Positions 56,215 to 63,376 of a stretch of 63,376 nucleotides of DNA are shown here, in pieces. Source of the DNA: Candidatus Aerophobetes bacterium Ae_b3a (lineage in GTDB: Bacteria; Aerophobota; Aerophobia; Aerophobales; AE-B3A); NCBI GenBank assembly GCA_005223095.1, contig NJBQ01000003.1, forward strand, positions 1 to 63,376, written 5' to 3'. Under the pieces are notes generated by a model. The model saw only the letters and a list, made by a program, of their open reading frames with translations, was not told where the DNA came from and did not search any database. A program made the translations under genes and the position numbers. Each line of letters starts with the position of its first letter. The stretch's first letter is position 1.

Positions 56215-57074
56215 TGAGCGAGAAGACGAGCAGAATCTTATCTCGTGGACTCCTGCATACGGTAATTATTCTCATTGCTGTCTTGTGGTTGATTCCCACA
56301 ATTGGCGTGCTTATCACATCCTTTAGGCCTGCCCAGGATGTGGCAAATAGCGGCTGGTGGACAGTATTGGGAAATATGTTTGATTCAGCTCGCCTTACTT
56401 TAAGAAATTATAATATGGTTCTGAGTCGACTAGGTGTGGGGAGAGCTTTCTTGAACAGCTTTATCATTACCATTCCTGCCACCATAATACCCTTAAGCAT
56501 AGCCTTGTTGGCAGCTTATGCTCTTGGCTGGATGAAGTTTTTTGGGCATACATTTGTTTTTATGGCTCTAATAGCACTTCTGGTTGTTCCTCTCCAGATG
56601 ACCTTCATTCCAGTCTTGCGGATTTTTAACAAATTAGGTCTTGCCGGCAGCTTCCCGGGAATTTGGTTAGCTCACAGTGGTTATGGACTTCCTCTGGCTA
56701 TATATATGCTATATAATTCTATCTCGGGATTGCCTAAAGAGCTTTTTGATTCTGCCTCTATTGACGGAGCCTCCTCATTTCACACTTTCTTATATATTGT
56801 ACTTCCGCTTTCTGTGCCTATTGTTGCCTCTCTTGCTATCTTTCAATTCTTATGGGTATGGAATGACCTTCTGGTTGCACTTATTTACCTGGGAGGGACG
56901 CCAGATGTAGCACCTATTACTGTTCAGATAAGCAGTTTGGTTGGCTCCTACGGTCAGGATTGGGAACTTCTCACCGCAGCGGTATTTATCTCCATTGTTC
57001 CCTCTCTTATCATCTTTTTCAGTTTGCAGCGTTATTTTGTGCGAGGGATTTTAGCTGGTTCAGTGAAAGGATAA
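56214..57074 (+). CDS. sugar ABC transporter permease (MalG-like)
   Basis: EAA-loop (DSASIDGASSFHTFLYIVLP). Confidence 0.85.
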   Translation: MSEKTSRILSRGLLHTVIILIAVLWLIPTIGVLITSFRPAQDVANSGWWTVLGNMFDSARLTLRNYNMVLSRLGVGRAFLNSFIITIPATIIPLSIALLAAYALGWMKFFGHTFVFMALIALLVVPLQMTFIPVLRIFNKLGLAGSFPGIWLAHSGYGLPLAIYMLYNSISGLPKELFDSASIDGASSFHTFLYIVLPLSVPIVASLAIFQFLWVWNDLLVALIYLGGTPDVAPITVQISSLVGSYGQDWELLTAAVFISIVPSLIIFFSLQRYFVRGILAGSVKG

Positions 57075-57084
57075 GGATAAAAAT

Positions 57085-58296
57085 ATGTCATTTTCTCAGC
57101 TCTCAGCGTATGAGGAGATTGTCGGATCCGGTGAAATAGGGGAATTGCTTGCACTTGCAGATGAAATCAAGGGTATCTCAGTTACGCATGTCAACTCGAC
57201 ACCCACAGGTGGGGGAGTGGTGGAGATTTTACGCAGTCTTGTGCCTTTATTCAGACTTGTAGGTACTCCTTGCCGCTGGGAGGTAATGCAGGGGACAGAT
57301 AAATTCTTTCGCACAACTAAGCTCTTTCACAATCTGCTGCAAGGCCTTTCTCTTAAAGGGGGAGAGAAGATAACCCAGGATATGTTGGATGAGTACAGGA
57401 GAGTAAACGATGAGAATATGAAAAAAGTTGACCTTGCCTCTGATGTGGTAATCATTCATGACCCTCAACCTGCAGCTCTCGTTAGGGCCAGAGGAAACAA
57501 TAAATGGGTCTGGAGATGCCACATAGACCTTTCCAGTGCCGATAAGAGAACCTGGGATTTTCTATATTCCTATATTGGACAATACGATGCGGCTATTTTC
57601 TCCCTTGAGGATTTTGTTCAGCCTTCTCCTTTAGCCCATTATATAATCCCTCCTTCTATAGATCCTCTCAGTGAAAAGAATAAAGAGCTTTCAACCCAAC
57701 AGGTAAAGAATGTGTTTAAAAAATTAGGAATTCCTCAGGATAGACCGATGTTACTTCAGGTTTCCCGTTTTGATTATTTCAAGGACCCTATTGGAGTAAT
57801 AAAGGTATATCGGCAGGTGAAAAAAAAAGCCGATTGTCGATTGATTCTGGCAGGAGGAACAGCCGAGGATGATCCGGAAGGTTGGCAGGTTCTCAAGCAG
57901 GTAAAAGAAGAGGCCAAAGGCGATTCAGATATTTATATTCTAAATCTTCCTCCCGACAGCTTCTTTGAGATAAATGCCCTGCAAAGAGGGGCTGATATTG
58001 TAATTCAAAAATCATTAAAAGAAGGATTTGGGTTAACAGTTACCGAAGCCTTATGGAAAGCTCGTCCTGTTATAGGAGGTAATGCTGGAGGGATAGTACT
58101 GCAGATAAAAGACGGTGAAAGTGGATTTTTGGTTAACTCAATTGAGGAGGCAATAGACAAAGTTGAGTATCTATTAAGGAATCCTTCTTATGGGCGAGAA
58201 ATGGGAGAAGCTGGTAGAAAAGTGGTTAAAGACAAATTTCTGATAACACGCCATCTTAAAGATTATCTCAGACTAATAGGAGAACTTTGTAGTTGA
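57085..58296 (+). CDS. GT4 glycosyltransferase, trehalose synthase TreT-like
   Basis: N-terminal HVNSTPTGGGVVEIL..FHNLLQG pattern as I recall it for TreT. C-terminal GT4 E-x7-E region (EGFGLTVTEALWKARPVI). Confidence 0.6.
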   Translation: MSFSQLSAYEEIVGSGEIGELLALADEIKGISVTHVNSTPTGGGVVEILRSLVPLFRLVGTPCRWEVMQGTDKFFRTTKLFHNLLQGLSLKGGEKITQDMLDEYRRVNDENMKKVDLASDVVIIHDPQPAALVRARGNNKWVWRCHIDLSSADKRTWDFLYSYIGQYDAAIFSLEDFVQPSPLAHYIIPPSIDPLSEKNKELSTQQVKNVFKKLGIPQDRPMLLQVSRFDYFKDPIGVIKVYRQVKKKADCRLILAGGTAEDDPEGWQVLKQVKEEAKGDSDIYILNLPPDSFFEINALQRGADIVIQKSLKEGFGLTVTEALWKARPVIGGNAGGIVLQIKDGESGFLVNSIEEAIDKVEYLLRNPSYGREMGEAGRKVVKDKFLITRHLKDYLRLIGELCS

Positions 58297-59287
58297 GTTA
58301 AGTATTTTGCTGCTTCTTCGGGTGTTATGTAGTTTATGTAAAAGCCAGTTCCCCATTCAAACCCAGCAACTCTGCTAAGGCGAGGTATAATCTCCAGATG
58401 CCAATGGTAGAACTCTAAATCTGGTCTGCTGCAGGGAGAAGTATGAATGATATAGTTGTAAGGAATGTGAGGAAGGATTTTATCAAGGGAGGTGATGCAT
58501 TTTTTAAGTATTCTAGCCAGGCTTTTTATCTCACTTTTCTTAATTTCCCTAAAATCAGAGTAGTGTCTTTTAGGCAGAATACACATCTCATAAGGAAAAC
58601 AGGAGGCAAAAGGGCATAAGCTTATGAAGTTTTCATCCTCCCACAGGAGTCTTTCTTCCAGGGCTATCTCCTGCTCTACAATATTACAGAAAAGACACTT
58701 TCCCTTGAGCTCAAAATACTCCTTAGAGCCTTCAAGCTCCTCCTCTACACGTTTAGGAACTAGAGGAGTAGCAATTAATTGAGAATGGGAGTGGCTTAGA
58801 GATGCTCCGGCTACTATACCCCTGTTCTTAAAAATTAATACATATTGGAAATGGGGATTTTTCATAAGTTCTACTATCCTCTCCCAATAAACCCAGAGCA
58901 TCTCCTCTACAACTTTATCTTCAAGATAAAATACGTCCTCTATATGATGAGGGGTTTCAATTATTACCTCATGAGCACCAATTCCACTCATCATCTTATA
59001 TATTCCCTTTTCTCTTTTATTTGGATCACCGCCTATTTTCAAAGCAGGGTACTTATTGGGCACTACCCTTATCCGCCAACCAGGGGTATTAGGTTTAGTA
59101 CCTTTTCTGCGGTAAGAAATGATTTCAGGGGGAGTAGCAGCCTCGTTTCCTTCGCAAAAGGGGCACTTTTTCTCTTTGCTTGGCCCAGGCTTCTCAACGG
59201 TAAAGTGTAAGGGTTTTTTCTCCCGCTCTGTGGAGATAATTACCCACCTTGCAATTACAGGGTCCTTTCTTAGTTCAGCTATTTCAT
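58263..59287 (-). CDS. galT: galactose-1-phosphate uridylyltransferase (HIT family) with an apparent 1-nt frame problem two codons after the start
   Basis: HSHSQ active-site motif and a CPFCEGNE zinc motif. The reading frame is open up to 59285 but has no in-frame start codon there. An RBS-supported ATG (59287-59285) is in another frame and hits TAG after two codons. Confidence 0.7.
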
Positions 59288-59391
59288 TCCTCCTGAGGTC
59301 TCCCCTGTATTTATATCAAAGAAAGAGAATAAGTCTAGCGCCGTTTGACACAAAATATATAAAGTCTATAGTAATGGAAGAAGGATTAATT

Positions 59392-60168
59392 ATGAACCGA
59401 ATTACTTATAGAAAACAAATACAGTTACTAGTTGTTAGATTTGCTGTGGTTATTGTCCTGAGAATTGTTATTGAGCAAACCTTATATGAGACAGTTGGGA
59501 AGCAAGTACTTTTGAATTTAGTGATTCGCAGACTGTTCTATGAATTTGTTTTTCAAAGAATCGTCTGTCCTGTTATGGCAATAAAGGTTCCCAGCTGGTT
59601 TGCCCAAATAATCCTACTTTTTGTGTTTATAACCAGCAGAATAACCATTATAGGCGGGAAAGAGCTAGAAAGAATTAAAAAGGAAAAACAGAGAGTCATC
59701 TTTGCCTTCTGGCACGGCAATTATACATTACTGCTTTTCTCCTTTCGCATAAAAAACGCAGTGGCCCTAGTTCATTCATCTTTTCGAGGAGACTTCATGG
59801 CTCAATTGGCCTCTGTCTTTAAATATCGTATAGTGCGCATATCCAGGCATCGAAGGTCTATAATGCCATTTATTAGGGCAATTAAAGAGGGCAATCCAGG
59901 ATTTATTGCTGTGGATGGTCCTCTGGGGCCACCTCGTGAAACTAAAGCAGGAGTGATCTACATTGCCCGGAAATTAGGAGCTGAGATTATTCCTCTAGCA
60001 GTGCAGGCTCGTAGAGGATTTCTGCTGAATCGATGGGATAATCATTGCATTCCCCTGCCTTTTAATAATATTACCGTATTTATTGGCAAGCCGATAGTGG
60101 TGAAAGACAGTGACTCTCTTAAGCTGAAAAGAGAAGAAGTAACTAGCTCCCTCTTAGAATTAACCTAA
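59392..60168 (+). CDS. DUF374 (lysophospholipid acyltransferase-like) family protein
   Basis: FAFWHGNY...VDGPLGPP motif. The first roughly 90 codons of the tracked ORF are antisense to galT and were removed. Confidence 0.6.
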   Translation: MNRITYRKQIQLLVVRFAVVIVLRIVIEQTLYETVGKQVLLNLVIRRLFYEFVFQRIVCPVMAIKVPSWFAQIILLFVFITSRITIIGGKELERIKKEKQRVIFAFWHGNYTLLLFSFRIKNAVALVHSSFRGDFMAQLASVFKYRIVRISRHRRSIMPFIRAIKEGNPGFIAVDGPLGPPRETKAGVIYIARKLGAEIIPLAVQARRGFLLNRWDNHCIPLPFNNITVFIGKPIVVKDSDSLKLKREEVTSSLLELT

Positions 60169-60497
60169 ATAAATTAAGAGAGAGAGGTCCCCTCCAGATT
60201 TTTTCTAACAACACACCAATCTTCCCTTTTTCTTAATCTCTACTGAAACCCTGCTGTCCAGGGTCATCACATAATCAAAACTAGAATGGGCTACATGAAA
60301 AACTCACCCTGGGCCAAAATTTGACAAAATCGCCAATTTGTGCTATGGGTAGTGCTCATCGCAGATGATTTCTCGCTGTTCTGGTCAGAGCATTATCTCG
60401 ACCCGGAGTTACTATTTTGTCAGAAATCAAGCAGAGTCTTTGGCTTTGTTCATACCAGAAGATACTATCATTTCACAAATCGAAGAGGAAAAATAGA

Positions 60498-61019
60498 ATG
60501 ATGAAAATATATTCCATTCTTAATAGTGTGCTTATCTTTCTCTTATTAACTGAATTCTTTGCTCCTCAAGTGTCCGCACTGATGGTAAGGAAGAGTATAG
60601 AAGAGCTAACTTCCCAAGCAGACTCTATCCTGATTGGAAAAGTCAAAAAGATAGAAAGCCGATGGAATGAAGAAAAGACCTTAATTTATACCTACGTCAC
60701 CGTTTCCGTTAAACAACATACTAAAAATCTCTCAGGTGTGGGAGAAGTTCAGGAAATCATTGTTAAGGTGCCAGGGGGAGAAGTTGGTGATATCGGCCTC
60801 AAGGTATCAGATAGCCCCCAGTTCAGGGAAGGGGAGGAGGTATTCTTGTTTCTCAGAATGGAGAAACTGCCTCTTTTCTCAGTGGTTGGTTTATTCCAGG
60901 GAAAGTACACCATTGAGGAAGATAGAGTCAAGAATAGGATTCTGGGGCTAGAGGTCCCTTTAGACAGTTTTATCAGTCAAATCAAAGGCATCCTGCAGAA
61001 GGCTAAGAGGAGCCAATAG
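60498..61019 (+). CDS. secreted hypothetical protein
   Basis: Start set at MMKIYSILNSVLIFLLL (signal peptide). Immediately precedes the metalloprotease. Confidence 0.45.
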   Translation: MMKIYSILNSVLIFLLLTEFFAPQVSALMVRKSIEELTSQADSILIGKVKKIESRWNEEKTLIYTYVTVSVKQHTKNLSGVGEVQEIIVKVPGGEVGDIGLKVSDSPQFREGEEVFLFLRMEKLPLFSVVGLFQGKYTIEEDRVKNRILGLEVPLDSFISQIKGILQKAKRSQ

Positions 61020-62776
61020 TGTTTAAAGTAAGTAAGTTGTGGCCCATTCTTGCCTTGACCGTCTTAGCTTTGTTGTTCAGCGTAACCCCTTCATTCTCCT
61101 TCTTGTACGATGGCCTCCACTGGGATGATAGCGACCTGCCAGTTAGATGGGAGATAAATCAAGACGGGACAGCCGACTGCACCGGAGAATTTGATGCCAT
61201 TAGAGCCGGATATCAGACGTGGGAGAATGTTAGCGGTAGTTATTTTAGCGAAACATATCTGGGCACAACCAGTCGTGGGCTATCCTATCCAACAAGGGAC
61301 GGGTACAATGTGGTCTCCTGGGGTGACAGCGAACCAGGGGGAAGTGTGATCGCAGTATGTTGGACCTGGTATGACACGGCTACGCTGGAGATTGTTGAAT
61401 GTGATATTGAATTTCAAAATGATATTGTTTGGTCATCAACCGGAGAGGCAGGAAAATTCGATGTCCAGAATATAGCCACCCATGAATTCGGGCATACTTT
61501 GCTGTTAGGGGATTTATACTATCCTACTTCTGAACATTCTGAGAAGACGATGTACGGCTGGTCTTCTGAGGGTGAAACCAAGAAAAGAACTTTACACCAG
61601 GACGATATAGACGGCATTCGCTACATCTATCCCGAGTCGGGAAACCAACCTCCTAACACCCCTTCAGTGCCCACAGGCCCCAGCAGCGGATCCCCGGGGG
61701 TCTCCTACAGCTTCACTGCCACCACTACTGACCCCGATGGAGACCAAATAGCCTTCAAGTTTGACTGGGGAGACGGGATTGAGTCTGGTTGGACCTCTTT
61801 TGTCAACAGTGGAGGTTCGGCTAGCCTGTCCCACTCCTGGTCTGGTCAGATGACTTATGAGGTGAAGGCAAAAGCAAAAGACATCTATGGTGGCGAGTCA
61901 GCTTGGTCTGCAGGGCATGACATCGTGATTGGCCAGCCACCCGCTACTCCTTCATTTCCCTCAGGACCTGACAGTGGCATGCGTGACGTTTCATACAGTT
62001 TTACTGCAATCACTACCGACCCTGATGGGGACCAAATAGCTTTCAAGTTTGACTGGGGAGATGGTAGCCAGTCCGGTTGGACCTCTTTTGTCAACAGTGG
62101 AGGTTCGGCTAGCCTGTCCCACTCCTGGTCAGGCGAAGGCACCTACCAGGTGAGAGTGAAAGCAAAGGACGCTTATGATGCAGAATCTGGATGGTCTGCG
62201 GCCCATTCAATAATAATCAGAATTATTCTTCTGCAAGTTGACCCTTCTTCTCTAGATTTTGGCGAACTGGGAAAAGGTTCAAGCAAGACAATGACTTTTC
62301 GGGCCTACAATGCTGGTGCGGGCACACTAAGTGGGAGCGTTACAGTTAACCGTGATTGGATGACTGTAAATCCATCCGGCTTTGAAGGCAATGATAACAC
62401 AATCTATATAACTGTTGAAACAGAAGAATTGACAGAAAGCTTAAGTCCCTACATGGGTGCGGCAACTGTGATCTCCAATGGGGGAACTGAAACCATCGAA
62501 GTATCGCTGCTTGTCATCCCCAGCGGGATAGTAGCTTATCCTAATCCGTTCTCTCCTTCGGCACATACTAATCTAGTCTTCTGGGGAAATTCTGTTCCCT
62601 ATATGAAAATACGAATTCTTAATCTTAGCGGGGAGCTGGTAAAAGTCTTGCAGGAGAAATACGGCAATAGCATGGTTTCCTGGGATGGTAAAAATGAGCA
62701 GGGTAATCTAGTAGCCAGAGGTATCTATATCTTTGTGATGGAAAACTTTAGCGGGAGAATAGCTGTTGTGAAATAG
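61019..62776 (+). CDS. secreted metzincin-type zinc metalloprotease with two PKD-like repeats and a C-terminal FlgD-Ig / sorting-type domain
   Basis: HEFGHTLLLGD zinc site with an Asp in the third-ligand position, and a Met-turn candidate (KTMYG). Two FKFDWGDG repeats. The C-terminus has NPFSP...WDGKNEQGNLVARGIY. Confidence 0.75.
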   Translation: MFKVSKLWPILALTVLALLFSVTPSFSFLYDGLHWDDSDLPVRWEINQDGTADCTGEFDAIRAGYQTWENVSGSYFSETYLGTTSRGLSYPTRDGYNVVSWGDSEPGGSVIAVCWTWYDTATLEIVECDIEFQNDIVWSSTGEAGKFDVQNIATHEFGHTLLLGDLYYPTSEHSEKTMYGWSSEGETKKRTLHQDDIDGIRYIYPESGNQPPNTPSVPTGPSSGSPGVSYSFTATTTDPDGDQIAFKFDWGDGIESGWTSFVNSGGSASLSHSWSGQMTYEVKAKAKDIYGGESAWSAGHDIVIGQPPATPSFPSGPDSGMRDVSYSFTAITTDPDGDQIAFKFDWGDGSQSGWTSFVNSGGSASLSHSWSGEGTYQVRVKAKDAYDAESGWSAAHSIIIRIILLQVDPSSLDFGELGKGSSKTMTFRAYNAGAGTLSGSVTVNRDWMTVNPSGFEGNDNTIYITVETEELTESLSPYMGAATVISNGGTETIEVSLLVIPSGIVAYPNPFSPSAHTNLVFWGNSVPYMKIRILNLSGELVKVLQEKYGNSMVSWDGKNEQGNLVARGIYIFVMENFSGRIAVVK

Positions 62777-62848
62777 GAGCCGTAAAGGTATGTCGGTGAT
62801 GAACCAGTCAGTTCAAGAAATTGAGGCAAAGTGCAAAAGAAAAAGTAC

Positions 62849-62884
62849 ATTGGATACCCACGGGCAAGCCCGTGGGTATCCAAT
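62849..62884 (+). terminator. perfect 17-bp stem hairpin downstream of the metalloprotease
   Basis: ATTGGATACCCACGGGC-aa-GCCCGTGGGTATCCAAT followed by GATTTTGTTATT. Confidence 0.5.
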
Positions 62885-63177
62885 GATTTTGTTATTCTTT
62901 CCAGAAAATGGAAAACCTCCCGATTAGATTGATATTTATGATGGGATTAACGAAAACCAAGAACAAAGTAAAAAGATGAAATTTTCCTTGGAGTAAGGTT
63001 GGAGGCGGTTTAAGAACTCCCTTTTTCTGCTGATGTTCTCAATAGATTTTCTCTATTATACATCAGGAGAGAGAGTTTTAGTCAAATCCAACTATCTTAT
63101 TCTTCACTTTTTGCTGGATTTTTTTCAAGAAGCAAAATCTTGAATTACCGAAAATAGAATTAAGAGGAGGAGCTGGG

Positions 63178-63376
63178 ATGAATGTAGTACTCATAATTAT
63201 CGATACTTTGAGACAGGATCATGTGGGTTGTTATGGAAATAGGTGGATTAAGACACCTTACCTTGACTCTTTAGCTAAAGAGTCAGTGCTCTTCACTCAT
63301 GCTTATCCAGGGTCACTTCCTACTTTACAGGTACGAAGAGTTCTACAGACAGGTTGCCGTATCTTTCCCTTTCTGA
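63178..63376 (+). CDS. sulfatase / alkaline-phosphatase superfamily protein, 5' partial (runs off the window)
   Basis: AGGAGGAG RBS. N-terminus NVVLIIIDTLRQDHVGCYGN..TPYLDSLA is typical of the family. Confidence 0.6.
   Translation, partial: MNVVLIIIDTLRQDHVGCYGNRWIKTPYLDSLAKESVLFTHAYPGSLPTLQVRRVLQTGCRIFPFL

Noticed and set aside
59279-59287. prfB-like programmed +1 frameshift at AAA-TAG preceded by a Shine-Dalgarno sequence.
   Set aside because: The site lies only two codons after the start, and the SD sequence is simply the normal RBS. A homopolymer length error or a recent indel is a simpler explanation.
59119-59391. N-terminal 90 codons of tracked ORF 59119..60168.
   Set aside because: This stretch is antisense to the real N-terminus of galT, which includes the CPFCEGNE zinc motif. 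The DUF374 protein more plausibly starts at 59392 (or 59374), downstream of a TTGACA-16-TATAGT promoter.

Overview
63.4-kb window, apparently from an uncultivated diderm bacterium (TolC- and RseB-type envelope genes; AT-leaning by eye). No rRNA, tRNA or CRISPR array was recognised.

Most of the window is ordinary, tightly packed core genome:
- a CpxP-like / ECF sigma / anti-sigma / RseB-like / 2x TolC / MacA-MacB block
- mutM, htrA and yjbQ-mgtE
- larE-larB-larC back to back with a nikR-cbiM-K-L-Q-O nickel uptake operon
- a fused E1 alpha-beta 2-oxoacid dehydrogenase, rarA, a MATE pump and clpB
- a ROK / sugar-ABC / TreT-like cluster, galT, and a secreted metzincin with a recent internal duplication

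Two accessory islands interrupt this core, at about 1-6.8 kb and 44.5-49.7 kb. They carry compositionally mixed single-gene cassettes (SDR, Ntn hydrolase, DUF4386, an interrupted BASS transporter, HAD, nucleoside phosphorylase), ParA and tyrosine-recombinase remnants, and a HEPN gene at the left edge.

Signals that the gene calls do not explain:
1. A compact three-gene operon of unrecognisable proteins (44670-46552), with its own near-consensus promoter, beside the recombinase and ParA debris. This is my best candidate for an undescribed toxin/immunity- or defence-type system.
2. An NYN RNase, a DEDDh exonuclease with a truncated SHOCT tail, and a macrodomain gene sit downstream of rarA. The first two are flanked by about 69-bp direct copies of the rarA 3' junction.
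3. A roughly 430-bp non-coding element (E1) with long imperfect terminal inverted repeats and a consensus outward-reading sigma70 promoter. Solo copies of its 29-nt promoter module head several cassettes.
4. A second, roughly 200-bp MITE-like repeat (R2), always just upstream of a gene.
5. Heptamer-periodic inverted-repeat arms immediately 3' of many genes.

Smaller anomalies: an in-frame TAG in the BASS transporter, a 1-nt frame problem two codons into galT, and a highly basic upstream ORF that ends 2 nt before the MATE start codon.

All functional calls rest on motif recognition by eye; no database search was run.
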